From NCBI RefSeq assembly GCF_042672245.1, contig NZ_JBHXVP010000003.1, positions 58,013 through 82,012 on the forward strand: 24,000 bases of DNA. Reading direction: 5' to 3'. A program made the position numbers and the translations under genes. The notes beneath the pieces are model-generated. The model saw only the letters and a program-made list of their open reading frames with translations, searched no databases and had not been told where the DNA came from. Shown piece after piece: positions 1-8,290 of the stretch; position 1 is the first letter of the stretch; each line of letters begins with the position of its first letter. This DNA comes from Rhodococcus sp. NPDC127527. GTDB taxonomy: Bacteria; Actinomycetota; Actinomycetes; Mycobacteriales; Mycobacteriaceae.

Positions 1-111
1 TTGCGTCACGTCGGTGTCTCCATGTCCTCGGGCGGTCCTCCGCCGGGAAAGCTACTCGCAGCATCCGGCTGCTGCCCGACTATCGGCGTTTCGAATCGGC
101 AACGTGGCAGG

Positions 112-147
112 CGGTCGATTCGGCCGACTCGGGTGCCGAATCGACCG
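112..147. terminator. Perfect 13-bp-stem hairpin (cGGTCGATTCGGC - 10 nt - GCCGAATCGACCg). It is probably the terminator of the off-window upstream gene, or an operator in front of the AAA+ gene.
   Basis: Inverted repeat read directly: 112-124 pairs with 135-147. A third partial copy (TCGAATCGGC) lies at 91-100. The region 1-168 has poor third-position GC, so it is likely non-coding. Confidence 0.4.
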
Positions 148-168
148 AACACTCGTAGCGTTGGTGAG

Positions 169-1560
169 GTGACTGTCGCCAATCCCGAACCCCGCCCGCG
201 CACACTCGGTGAGCTGCGCGCGTCCGGACACGTGCAGCGCCCGATCAAGGATGAGATCCGCGAGAACCTGCTCGGCGCGTTGCGTGACGGCCGCGACCCC
301 TGGCCCGGCATCGTCGGGTTCGGCGAGACCGTGTTGCCGCAGCTCGAGCGCGCCCTGATCGCCGGCCACGACGTGGTCCTGCTCGGTGAACGCGGCCAGG
401 GCAAGACCCGACTGCTGCGGACCCTCCCGCTGCTGCTCGACGAGTGGACGCCGGTGATCGCGGGTTCGGAACTGGGCGAGCATCCCTATCAGCCGATCAC
501 CCCGGCCTCGATCCGCCGGGCTGCCGAGCTGGGCGACGCGCTGCCGGTCGCGTGGCGGCACCGAAGCGAGCGGTACGCGGAGAAGCTCGCGACCCCGGAC
601 ACCTCGGTGGCCGACCTGGTCGGCGACGTGGATCCGGTCAAGGTCGCGGAGGGCCGCAGCCTCGGTGATCCGGAGACCATCCACTTCGGTCTGGTCCCGC
701 GTGCGCACCGTGGCATCGTCGCGGTCAACGAGCTGCCCGACCTGGCCGAGCGGATCCAGGTGTCGCTGCTGAACGTCATGGAGGAACGCGACATCCAGGT
801 TCGTGGCTACACGATCCGGCTTCCGCTCGACGTGTTGCTGGTGGCCAGCGCCAACCCGGAGGACTACACGAACCGCGGCCGGATCATCACCCCGCTCAAG
901 GACCGCTTCGGTGCCGAGATCCGGACCCACTATCCCAGCGAGCTGGCCGACGAGGTCGCGGTGATCGAGCAGGAGGCGCAGTTGCGCGCCGAGGTGCCGG
1001 ACCACCTGCTCGAGATCCTGGCGCGGTTCACCCGGTTGCTGCGCGAGTCGCCGTCCGTGGACCAGCGGTCCGGGGTGTCGGCGCGGTTCGCGGTGGCCGC
1101 CGCGGAGACGGTGAGCGCGGCGGCGGTGCATCGTGGGGCGGTGCTGGGGGAGGCCGATCCGACGGCGCGACCGGTGGACCTCGGCACCGTGGTCGAGGTG
1201 CTGCGCGGCAAGATCGAGTTCGAGTCCGGTGAAGAGGGCCGCGAGCTCGAGGTGCTCGAGCACCTGCTGCGCCGGGCCACCGCGGACACCGTGCGCGAGC
1301 GGCTCGGCGGCCTGGACCTGGCGCCGCTGGTGGCGGCGATCGAGTCCGGCTCGCCGGTGGTCACCGGCGAGCGGGTCGCGGCGAAGGACCTGCTCGGCGA
1401 GCTGCCGGAGCTGGCGGTGTTCGACGCGCTCGCCGACCGGCTCGGCGCCGAGAGTGTGGGGGCGCGGGCCTCGGCGGTCGAACTGGCGCTCGAGGGCCTT
1501 TACCTGGCGCGCCGGATCGCCAAGGATCCCGACGACGACGGGCAGCTGGTGTACAGCTGA
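169..1560 (+). CDS. ChlI/BchI-like (Mg-chelatase-like) AAA+ ATPase, Rv0958-like
   Basis: Walker A GERGQGKT, Walker B-like IVAVNELPDL, and ANPEDYTNRGRIITPLKDRF typical of the ChlI family. GC3 becomes coding-like only after the GTG at 169 (VTVANPEPRPRTLGELRASGH), so the TTG at position 1 in the ORF track is probably not the start. Confidence 0.85.
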   Translation: MTVANPEPRPRTLGELRASGHVQRPIKDEIRENLLGALRDGRDPWPGIVGFGETVLPQLERALIAGHDVVLLGERGQGKTRLLRTLPLLLDEWTPVIAGSELGEHPYQPITPASIRRAAELGDALPVAWRHRSERYAEKLATPDTSVADLVGDVDPVKVAEGRSLGDPETIHFGLVPRAHRGIVAVNELPDLAERIQVSLLNVMEERDIQVRGYTIRLPLDVLLVASANPEDYTNRGRIITPLKDRFGAEIRTHYPSELADEVAVIEQEAQLRAEVPDHLLEILARFTRLLRESPSVDQRSGVSARFAVAAAETVSAAAVHRGAVLGEADPTARPVDLGTVVEVLRGKIEFESGEEGRELEVLEHLLRRATADTVRERLGGLDLAPLVAAIESGSPVVTGERVAAKDLLGELPELAVFDALADRLGAESVGARASAVELALEGLYLARRIAKDPDDDGQLVYS

Positions 1561-3509
1561 TGTACCAGCGGTACGGGCCTTATCACGGCGGCGACGACCC
1601 GCTGGCGCCGCCGCTCGACCTGCGCGAGGCGTTGGACGCCATCGGCAACGACGTGCTCGAGGGTTCGTCGCCGCGCCGGGCGCTGCGCGAGCTGCTGCGG
1701 CGCGGCACCGACCGCACCCGCGGGCTCGACGAGCTGGCGGCGCAGGCGAACCGGCGACGACGAGAGTTGTTGGAACGCAACAATCTCGGTGGCACGCTCG
1801 ACGAGGTGCGTGAGCTGCTCGACCGTGCGGTGCTCGCCGAGCGCAAGGAACTCGCCCGGGCCCTCGACGACGGCGCGCGGTTCGCGGAGTTGCAGCTGAG
1901 CGAGTTGCCGGCGTCCACCGCGCAGGCGGTGCGGGACCTGTCCGAGTACGACTGGCGCAGCCCGCAGGCCCGCGAGGACTACGAGAAGATCCGCGACCTG
2001 CTCGGCAGGGAACTGCTCGACCAGCGCTTCGCGGGCATGAAGTCGGCGCTCGAGCACGCGACGCCGGAGGACCGCGCCCGCGTGGACGAGATGCTGCGCG
2101 ACCTGAACGACCTGTTGGACAAGCACTCTCGCGGCGAGGACACGGACGAGGACTTCGCCGAGTTCATGGACAAGCACGGCGAGTTCTTCCCGGAGAACCC
2201 GCGCGACACCGAGGAGCTGCTCGACGCGCTGGCCCGCCGGGCGGCGGCCGCCCAGCGGCTGCGGAACTCCCTGACCCCCGAGCAGCGTGCGGAACTGGAT
2301 GCGTTGGCGCAGCAGGCGTTCGGCAGTCCGAGCCTGATACAGCAGCTGGACCGGTTGGACGCGAACCTGCGCGCGGCGCGGCCGGGGGAGAACTGGGACG
2401 GCAGCGAACGGTTTCGCGGCGACGACCCGATGGGTCTCGGCGAGGGCACCGCCGCGTTCGCGGACATCGCGGAGCTCGAGCAGCTGGCGGAGCAACTGTC
2501 CCAGGAGTACGCGGGCGCGCAGCTCGACGACATCGACCCCGACGCGCTGCTGCGTCAGCTCGGGGAGGAGGCTGCAGCCGACGCCCGCACCCTGGCCGAC
2601 CTCGAACGGGCACTGCAACGGCAGGGCTTCCTCGATCGCGGGGCGGACGGTCAGTGGCGACTGTCGCCGAAGGCGATGCGTCAGCTCGGGCAGTCGGCGC
2701 TGCGTGATGTGGCGCAGCGACTCTCGGGTCGCCGCGGTGAACGCGACACCCAACGAGCGGGTGCGATGGGCGAACCGACCGGGGCGAGCCGCTCCTGGGA
2801 GTTCGGCGACACGGAACCGTGGGACGTGACCCGGACCGTCACCAATGCGGTGCTGCGCGCGGCATCGGCAGGGCTGACGGAACTTCCCGTGCGGCTGCAG
2901 GTCTCCGACGTCGAGATCGCCGAGACCGAGCAGCGTGCGCACGCTGCGGTCGCGTTGCTGGTGGACACCTCGTTCTCGATGGTGATGGACGGCCGCTGGG
3001 TGCCGATGAAGCGCACGGCGCTGGCACTCAACCACCTGATCACCACCCGGTTCCGCGGCGACGACCTGCAGCTGATCGGCTTCGGCAGGCTCGCGCAGCA
3101 GCTGAGCCCGGCCGAGCTGGCGGGACTGGACGGCGCCTGGGACCAGGGCACCAACCTGCATCACGCGCTCCTGCTCGCGGGCAGGCATCTGCGTGGCAAC
3201 CCGAACGCGCAGCCGGTCGTCCTGATCGTCACGGACGGTGAGCCGACCGCGCACCTCGAACCCGACGGGCGCGCGTTCTTCGACTACCCGCCGCACCCGA
3301 AGACGTTGGGGCTCACCGTCCGTGAGCTCGACAACCTGGCGAAGCTGGGTGCACAGGTGACCATTTTCCGGCTCGGCGACGACCCCGGGCTGGCCCGCGT
3401 GGTGGACCGGATGGCGCAGCGGGTCGGCGGGCGGGTGGTGGCGCCGGAACTCGACGGGTTGGGCGCGGCGGTCGTCAGCGACTACATGCGGTTGCGGCGG
3501 AGGCGCTGA
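1560..3509 (+). CDS. VWA (von Willebrand factor A) domain protein, ChlD-like partner of the AAA+ ATPase (Rv0959-like)
   Basis: The ATG overlaps the upstream TGA by one nucleotide (cTGATGt). The C-terminal VWA domain has the MIDAS motif DTSFSM and the LIVTDGEPT motif. The N-terminal half is long, acidic and helical. Confidence 0.85.
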   Translation: MYQRYGPYHGGDDPLAPPLDLREALDAIGNDVLEGSSPRRALRELLRRGTDRTRGLDELAAQANRRRRELLERNNLGGTLDEVRELLDRAVLAERKELARALDDGARFAELQLSELPASTAQAVRDLSEYDWRSPQAREDYEKIRDLLGRELLDQRFAGMKSALEHATPEDRARVDEMLRDLNDLLDKHSRGEDTDEDFAEFMDKHGEFFPENPRDTEELLDALARRAAAAQRLRNSLTPEQRAELDALAQQAFGSPSLIQQLDRLDANLRAARPGENWDGSERFRGDDPMGLGEGTAAFADIAELEQLAEQLSQEYAGAQLDDIDPDALLRQLGEEAAADARTLADLERALQRQGFLDRGADGQWRLSPKAMRQLGQSALRDVAQRLSGRRGERDTQRAGAMGEPTGASRSWEFGDTEPWDVTRTVTNAVLRAASAGLTELPVRLQVSDVEIAETEQRAHAAVALLVDTSFSMVMDGRWVPMKRTALALNHLITTRFRGDDLQLIGFGRLAQQLSPAELAGLDGAWDQGTNLHHALLLAGRHLRGNPNAQPVVLIVTDGEPTAHLEPDGRAFFDYPPHPKTLGLTVRELDNLAKLGAQVTIFRLGDDPGLARVVDRMAQRVGGRVVAPELDGLGAAVVSDYMRLRRRR

Positions 3510-3542
3510 CGGTCGCGTCGGAGGTCGCCAGGGCGTGCGAGG

Positions 3543-4469
3543 TCAGGCGAGCGTCCACGCTGCGAGGCCGATCGCGGGGATCGAGGCCAGGGTGGTGACG
3601 AGGGCGCAGTCGCGGGCCAGCACGACACCGCGCTGGTACCGGCTGGCGTAGACGAACACGTTCTGTGCGGTCGGCAGCGCGGAGACCACGACGACGGCGA
3701 ACAGTTCGTGGCCGTCGAGACCGAGCAGGAAGCGGCCCATCCCATACGCCAGGACGGGCTGCAGCCCGATCTTGAGCGCGGAGGCGAGGGCGATCTCGCG
3801 GCGTGGGCTCAGTCCGCGTTGGAGCACCCGCACCCCGTAGAGCGAGATCCCGAACGCCAGCAGGGCGCCTGGCACCGACGCGCCGCCGATGATGTGGAAC
3901 GGCTGGACGAGCGCTTCCGGCGGCGTCCACCCGGACAGCGAGACCGCGAGGCCCGCGATCCCGGCGACGACGATCGGGTTCTTGAACGGGGTGGTGACGG
4001 TCTCGGCCAGCGAGGCGCCGCGTCGGGTGGTCGCCAGGTCGAGCGCGGTCAGCGCGATGGGGGAGTAGACGACGATCTGGAACAACAGCAGCGGCGCCAC
4101 GAAGGACGCATCGCCGAGCACGAACACGGAGATCGGGATCCCCAGGTTCGCGGAGTTGACGTAGCTGGCCGCGAGCGCGCCGATCGTCGCTTCCGGCAGG
4201 GGCTTGCGCAGCCAGCCCATCGCGATCGTCAGGTAGATGCCGCCCACCACGAACGCCGTCGCGGCCGCGACCGCGAGGGTCGGCGAGAAGATCACGGCGA
4301 GGTCCGAGGTGGCGAGGGTGTCGAACAGCAGCGCGGGGGTGGCGACGAAGAACACCAGCCGGCTGAGCACGAACTCGCCGTGCTCGCCGAGCACCCGGGA
4401 GCGGCCCAGCGCGTACCCGATCGCGATCACCACGAAGATCACGGTGAAGCCCGCGAACACACCCGACAC
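3543..4469 (-). CDS. AEC (auxin efflux carrier, Mem_trans) family transporter
   Basis: 308-aa polytopic membrane protein whose N-terminus MSGVFAGFTVIFVVIAIGYALGR...LSRLVFFVATPALLF is typical of the AEC family. GTG start at 4467-4469 with an AGGAGG RBS just upstream. Confidence 0.85.
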   Translation of the reverse strand: MSGVFAGFTVIFVVIAIGYALGRSRVLGEHGEFVLSRLVFFVATPALLFDTLATSDLAVIFSPTLAVAAATAFVVGGIYLTIAMGWLRKPLPEATIGALAASYVNSANLGIPISVFVLGDASFVAPLLLFQIVVYSPIALTALDLATTRRGASLAETVTTPFKNPIVVAGIAGLAVSLSGWTPPEALVQPFHIIGGASVPGALLAFGISLYGVRVLQRGLSPRREIALASALKIGLQPVLAYGMGRFLLGLDGHELFAVVVVSALPTAQNVFVYASRYQRGVVLARDCALVTTLASIPAIGLAAWTLA

Positions 4470-4577
4470 CCGCGAACCTCCTAGAGAACAACCCCGGAGA
4501 GTCTAGTGGGTAGCAGTGCGAACGAATTCGCCGCGCGCCGCCTTGCCGCCGGGCCCGGTTGCACTCAGGATGACCTC

Positions 4578-5372
4578 ATGGCGACCTCTGGCACGTCTGC
4601 GCGGCGAGTCCTCGCGATCGCGGCGGCCCTGTTCCTCGGCGTCACGGGATGCGCGAGCGACATCGGCGGTACCGCCCTGCCGGCGCCCGGCGCGCCGTCC
4701 GCTCTTGCCGGGCCGACGACGACCGCCGCCACCGGGACCACCGCCACCGCGGCACCGGCGGCGTACACCGCAACCAGCATGCGGGTGTCGGGCGACAACG
4801 GTCGCGTCCGCTACGACGTCGTGCTGCCCCAGGTCGCGGGCGGCGCTCCCGCCGTCGCGGGGGAGTTCAACGAGTCCGTCCGCGCGGCGCTGCAGGACCA
4901 GATCGACGGTTCGCCGGGCGAGCGGTTCACCCTCGAAGGACGCAACGAGTCGACGGTTGCCCGCATCGGCGCCAGGGTGCTGGCGGGTCTGCTGGTCACC
5001 TCGTGGAACGCGGACCCACCCGGCGCGCACCCGACGCCGCTGGTGGCGACGGTGGTGATCGACGCGGACAACGCCCAGCCCATCACTCTCGGCGCCCTGT
5101 TCCCCGACCTGCCCGCGGGGCTGCGGCGACTGTCGGACGAGTCGGCGCGGTTGCTGCCCGCGACCGCGGCCGGCCCGGGCTTCGACCGGTCGGGGATCGA
5201 GCCGACGGAGGCCAACTTCGCGAACTGGATCCCCACGCCGGCGGGCATGGAGATCCACTTCGCCGACTACCAGGTCGGCCCGCACGCGGCCGGGCTGGTC
5301 GTGGTGACGGTGCCGTGGGACCGGCTCGACGACGTGATCGCCCCCGGCCTGCGGGACGTGGTCCGGAGCTGA
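4578..5372 (+). CDS. Putative secreted lipoprotein of unknown function (possibly DUF3298/RsiV-like; that assignment rests on weak memory)
   Basis: ATG at 4578 gives MATSGTSARRVLAIAAALFLGVTGCAS, a signal peptide with lipobox V-T-G-C followed by a Thr/Ala/Pro-rich linker. The upstream 24 codons in the ORF track are unlikely to be translated. Confidence 0.7.
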   Translation: MATSGTSARRVLAIAAALFLGVTGCASDIGGTALPAPGAPSALAGPTTTAATGTTATAAPAAYTATSMRVSGDNGRVRYDVVLPQVAGGAPAVAGEFNESVRAALQDQIDGSPGERFTLEGRNESTVARIGARVLAGLLVTSWNADPPGAHPTPLVATVVIDADNAQPITLGALFPDLPAGLRRLSDESARLLPATAAGPGFDRSGIEPTEANFANWIPTPAGMEIHFADYQVGPHAAGLVVVTVPWDRLDDVIAPGLRDVVRS

Positions 5373-5403
5373 CGGGCCCGGCCTCAGGGGAGCCCGGCAC
5401 GCA

Positions 5404-5439
5404 GAAAGGCCGCGCAGTCCGGGGACTGCGCGGCCTTTC
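5404..5439. terminator. Bidirectional intrinsic terminator between the convergent lipoprotein gene and rpsR2
   Basis: 16-bp perfect stem GAAAGGCCGCGCAGTC / GACTGCGCGGCCTTTC with a 4-nt loop, read directly. T-run on the minus-strand side. Confidence 0.65.
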
Positions 5440-5451
5440 GAGTGCTTCTGA

Positions 5452-5709
5452 CTACCGGCTCGTGAACGGCAGCAGGGCCATCTCGCGGGCGTTCTTCACC
5501 GCGACGGCGACCTGACGCTGCTGCTGCGGGGTCAGGCCGGTGACGCGCCGGCTGCGGATCTTGCCGCGGTCGGAGATGAACGTGCGGAGCAGGTTCACGT
5601 CCTTGTAGTCGACGTGCTCGATCTTCGCCGCGAAGAGCGGGTTCTTCTTGGGCTTGCGACCCGCGTCAGCGCCGCGGGGCTTCTTCGACGGGGCTCTCTT
5701 GACTGCCAT
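5452..5709 (-). CDS. rpsR2: 30S ribosomal protein S18, Cys-free (zinc-independent) paralog
   Basis: [13 protein letters not shown]...[57 protein letters not shown] is an unmistakable S18 with no Cys. True ATG at 5707-5709; the upstream 46 codons of the ORF overlap rpsN2. Confidence 0.92.
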   Translation of the reverse strand: MAVKRAPSKKPRGADAGRKPKKNPLFAAKIEHVDYKDVNLLRTFISDRGKIRSRRVTGLTPQQQRQVAVAVKNAREMALLPFTSR

Positions 5710-5728
5710 TGCTTCCCTTACGGCTCGA

Positions 5729-6034
5729 TTACCAGCTGGACTTGCGGACGCCTGGCAGTTCCCCACGATGGGCCATCTCGCGAACGCGCACACGGGACAG
5801 GCCGAACTTCCGTAGGTGACCTCGCGGACGTCCGTCCGCAGCGTCACGATTTCGCAATCGTACCGGACTCGCGTCGCGCGGCAGACGCTGCAGGGCGGCC
5901 TGGGCCGCGGCGCGCTCGTCGGCCGAGGTGGAGGGCAGGCGAATGGTCTCCTTCAGCTCGGCGCGACGCTCGGCGTACCGGGCGACGACCGCCTTCCGCT
6001 GCTCGTTCTTCGCGATCTTGGACGTCTTGGCCAT
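5729..6034 (-). CDS. rpsN2: 30S ribosomal protein S14, long 101-aa Cys-free (zinc-independent) form
   Basis: [28 protein letters not shown]...[28 protein letters not shown]. Long form with no CxxC motifs. Confidence 0.92.
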   Translation of the reverse strand: MAKTSKIAKNEQRKAVVARYAERRAELKETIRLPSTSADERAAAQAALQRLPRDASPVRLRNRDAADGRPRGHLRKFGLSRVRVREMAHRGELPGVRKSSW

Positions 6035-6036
6035 CT

Positions 6037-6201
6037 CTAGCGCTCCTCCCTGAAATCGACGTGTTTGCGGACCGCCGGGTCGTACTTGCGCAGCACCAGC
6101 CGGTCCGGGTCGCCCAGGCGGTTCTTGCGCGTCACGTAGGTGACGCCGGTGCCCGCTGTCGACTTCAGCTTGACGATCGGACGGACCTCGTTGCGGGCCA
6201 T
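6037..6201 (-). CDS. rpmG: 50S ribosomal protein L33, Cys-free paralog (not in the supplied ORF track; translated by hand)
   Basis: Reverse-strand hand translation gives [54 protein letters not shown] (54 aa). TAG at 6037-6039, ATG at 6199-6201 overlapping the rpmB2 stop (TAATG). No Cys residues. Confidence 0.9.
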   Translation of the reverse strand: MARNEVRPIVKLKSTAGTGVTYVTRKNRLGDPDRLVLRKYDPAVRKHVDFREER

Positions 6202-6437
6202 TACAGCCGAACCCCCTGTGCGCGCAGTCGGGCGACGACGGCCTCGATTCCGTCGCGGTCGATGGTCTTGATGCCCTTGGCGGAGACGGTCAGCGTGATC
6301 CGCCGCCGCTCGCTCGGCAGGTAGTAGGTCTTGCGCTGGATGTTCGGATCCCAGCGCCGGCTGGTTCGGGTGTGCGAATGCGAGACGGACTTGCCGAAAC
6401 TCGGCGAGCGTCCGGTCACCTGGCAGTGTGCCGACAC
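6201..6437 (-). CDS. rpmB2: 50S ribosomal protein L28, alternative (zinc-independent) paralog
   Basis: GTG start at 6435-6437 gives (M)[77 protein letters not shown]. This closely resembles my memory of M. tuberculosis RpmB2. AAGGAGG RBS at 6443-6449. Confidence 0.9.
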   Translation of the reverse strand: MSAHCQVTGRSPSFGKSVSHSHTRTSRRWDPNIQRKTYYLPSERRRITLTVSAKGIKTIDRDGIEAVVARLRAQGVRL

Positions 6438-6452
6438 CGCGGCCTCCTTGCT

Positions 6453-6471
6453 AACGAAAATCGTTTTCGAC
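6453..6471. promoter_or_regulatory. Zur-box-like palindrome 1 (aaCGAAAATCGTTTTCGac), immediately upstream of the rpmB2 RBS
   Basis: Core CGAAAA-tcg-TTTTCG at 6455-6469 is a 6-3-6 palindrome read directly. It resembles the actinobacterial Zur operator (TGAAAAT-N-ATTTTCA type) and sits in front of a zinc-independent ribosomal protein operon, the classic Zur target. Confidence 0.6.
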
Positions 6472-6507
6472 AATGGCGGGGTTTCACTGTAGCGTCGCGG
6501 TCGGTTA

Positions 6508-6525
6508 TTGACAATCGTTGTCGAA
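6508..6525. promoter_or_regulatory. Zur-box-like palindrome 2 (TTGACAATCGTTGTCGAA), immediately upstream of the COG0523 gene
   Basis: Imperfect palindrome sharing 13 of 18 positions with box 1, including the AATCGTT centre. The two centres are 54 bp apart, and the site ends 13 nt before the GTG at 6538. Confidence 0.5.
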
Positions 6526-6537
6526 AGGGGTGCTGTC

Positions 6538-7785
6538 GTGACCGACAGTCGAACGCCGCTCATCGTGATCGCGGGCTGGTCGGATGCCGCCGAATCCACC
6601 GCACGGTCTCTGCTGGCGGACGGGACGGTGCTGGTCCACCACGACCTGAGTCACCTCGGGGAGGGGGTGGTGCGCCGGACCGTGACCGACCCGGACGGGC
6701 GCACCCGCACCACCGTCCTGGAGCTCGCGCACGGCTGCGTGTCCTGCACGCTGCGGGAGGACCTGCTGCCGCTGCTGCGTCGACTGCACGCGCGCAGCTC
6801 GGTGCGGCGCATCGTGCTGCAGCTGGACCGGACGCTCGAACCGGAGGCGCTGTGCCGTGCGGTCGAGGACGTCGTCGTCGCGGGGGTCGTCGGGCAACTC
6901 GACGGCCCCGCGTCCAGGGACGTGCGGATCGAGGCCGTCGTCGTGTGCGTGGCCGCCGACAGCTGGCTCGACGACGCCACCGGAGACCAGGCCCTGGTCG
7001 AACGCGGACTCGGCGTCGGCGACGACGAGCGCACCGTCGCGCAGGTCGTGGTCGGGCAGGTCGAGTACGCCGACGCACTGGTCGTTGCGGGCGCGGGCGA
7101 GGACGGGTGGAACCAGGCCCGACTGCATGCGGTGCTGGCGCGGCTGGCCCCCGCCGCCCCGATCGACTGGATCGGAGACGACCTCGCTCCCGACGCGCCT
7201 CGACTGCTGACCCGGATCCCCGGCAGCGCCCGACGTGGCGCCGCCGCCGACGCGCACGCGCCGCTGCTGCGCGGTCAACCGCCGCTCGCGACGGACTGCG
7301 GCGTGAGCCTCGTCGAGTTCGTCGCCGAGCGGCCCTTCCATCCCGAGCGCCTGCACGAGGCTCTCGACGTGCTGCTCGACGGGGTCGTCACCGCGCGCGG
7401 GCGGTTGTGGCTGGCCACCCAACCGGACCGCGTGCTGTGGCTGGAGTCGGCGGGCGGGGGACTGCGGGTCGCCGACGGCGGGCGGTGGCTCGCCGCGATG
7501 ACCCCCGGCGAGCAGGAGCGGGAGCCGACCGCGCGGCGGGCGATGGCGGCCGTGCGCTGGGACGCGAGGTTCGGCGACCGGGACGTGTCCCTCGTGGTGC
7601 TCGCGCACGCCGCCGACCCGAGCGATATCGACCGCGCCCTGCAGTGGGCGCTGGTCACCGACGAGGAACTCGACTGCGAAGAGCAATGGCCGACATGGCC
7701 GGACCCGTTCGGGCACTGGCACCAGGACCCCTGCGCTTCGAGCGAGTCACCGTACAGCGACGTCAACAGAGAGGGCACGGCATGA
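6538..7785 (+). CDS. COG0523 (CobW/ZigA/YciC-type) family protein with degenerate nucleotide-binding motifs; Rv0106 / M. smegmatis Mrf-like
   Basis: Start chosen at the GTG at 6538 (RBS GAAAGGGG 7 nt upstream), giving (M)[15 protein letters not shown]. The GCVSCT motif replaces the canonical GCxCC, and there is no GxxGxGK[ST] P-loop. The C-terminal CobW_C-like region [25 protein letters not shown] closely resembles my memory of Rv0106. The stop overlaps the rpmE2 ATG (ATGA). Confidence 0.8.
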   Translation: MTDSRTPLIVIAGWSDAAESTARSLLADGTVLVHHDLSHLGEGVVRRTVTDPDGRTRTTVLELAHGCVSCTLREDLLPLLRRLHARSSVRRIVLQLDRTLEPEALCRAVEDVVVAGVVGQLDGPASRDVRIEAVVVCVAADSWLDDATGDQALVERGLGVGDDERTVAQVVVGQVEYADALVVAGAGEDGWNQARLHAVLARLAPAAPIDWIGDDLAPDAPRLLTRIPGSARRGAAADAHAPLLRGQPPLATDCGVSLVEFVAERPFHPERLHEALDVLLDGVVTARGRLWLATQPDRVLWLESAGGGLRVADGGRWLAAMTPGEQEREPTARRAMAAVRWDARFGDRDVSLVVLAHAADPSDIDRALQWALVTDEELDCEEQWPTWPDPFGHWHQDPCASSESPYSDVNREGTA

Positions 7786-8033
7786 AGAAGAACATCCATC
7801 CCGACTACCACCCGGTGGTCTTCCAGGACGCGAGTACCGGGAGCGCGTTCCTGACCAGGTCCACCGTCACCGCTGAGCGCACCGTGGAATGGGCCGACGG
7901 CAACACCTACCCGCTGGTGGTCGTCGACGTGACCAACGAGTCGCACCCCTTCTGGACCGGCGCAGCCCGAGTGATGGACACCGCCGGCCGGGTGGAGAAG
8001 TTCGAACGCAAGTACGGCCGCCGCACACGCTGA
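7782..8033 (+). CDS. rpmE2: 50S ribosomal protein L31 type B (Cys-free, zinc-independent)
   Basis: [29 protein letters not shown]...[25 protein letters not shown]. No CxxC motif. These are the last 84 codons of the long 6372..8033 frame. Confidence 0.92.
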   Translation: MKKNIHPDYHPVVFQDASTGSAFLTRSTVTAERTVEWADGNTYPLVVVDVTNESHPFWTGAARVMDTAGRVEKFERKYGRRTR

Positions 8034-8047
8034 CCCCCTGCCCCCGC

Positions 8048-8100
8048 CTCTCCGATGTCACACCGGTTCGGTCAGACCTACCGAATGTGACATCGGAGAG
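8048..8100 (+). terminator. Long hairpin after rpmE2 (15-bp perfect outer stem plus 6-bp inner stem); probable factor-independent terminator without a U-tract
   Basis: CTCTCCGATGTCACA (8048-8062) pairs with TGTGACATCGGAGAG (8086-8100). The inner stem TTCGGT/ACCGAA encloses a 7-nt loop, with a 4-nt bulge. Confidence 0.5.
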
Positions 8101-8290
8101 ATCGGGGGCTGGGGCTACCATTTCTCCTCGCATGACGTTGTAGCCGCGCCGGTGACCCGAGCGTCGTCCCCCGGTCACGCAGCACGGACGGCTGTCCCGG
8201 CCGCCCGCGACCGCGCCGGATCGTCCGGACTCCCGGGTATGAATCCACGCTCCGGCTCGGCGTCGCGCAACGCCCATCCCGAGGAGCACC

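Noticed and set aside
1500-3296. 598-aa ORF on the minus strand, opposite the VWA gene. Similar long antisense or off-frame ORFs occur at 52-1263(-), 3475-4491(-), 3708-4484(+), 4649-5515(+), 6505-7722(-), 8078-8869(-), 9948-11027(+), 11115-12548(-), 12690-14129(-), 15322-16449(-), 15941-16852(-), 20896-21960(-) and 22002-23462(-).
   Set aside because: Their translations are Arg/Pro/Gly/Ala-rich low-complexity strings with no family resemblance. Each lies opposite to, or out of frame with, a gene with clear homology and correct GC3 bias. Long spurious ORFs like these are expected in a genome of about 70% GC.
4470-4577. CTAGA...TCTAG inverted repeat in the divergent AEC/lipoprotein promoter region
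   Set aside because: The arms are only 5 bp long and the spacer is long. This is well within chance expectation.
6372-7781. N-terminal 470 codons of the 553-aa frame that ends in rpmE2
   Set aside because: Only the last 84 codons (from the ATG at 7782) encode L31 type B. The upstream part is an Arg-rich off-frame reading of the COG0523 gene.
8034-8290. Possible glycine riboswitch upstream of cycA, considered because of the glycine-related gene pair and a GGAGAG at 8095-8100
   Set aside because: I could not find the conserved cores (ACCGAAGGGGCAA-type and CTCAGGCAAAAGGAC-type segments) or a tandem aptamer arrangement. The GGAGAG is simply the 3-prime arm of the rpmE2 hairpin. An Infernal scan would be needed to be certain.
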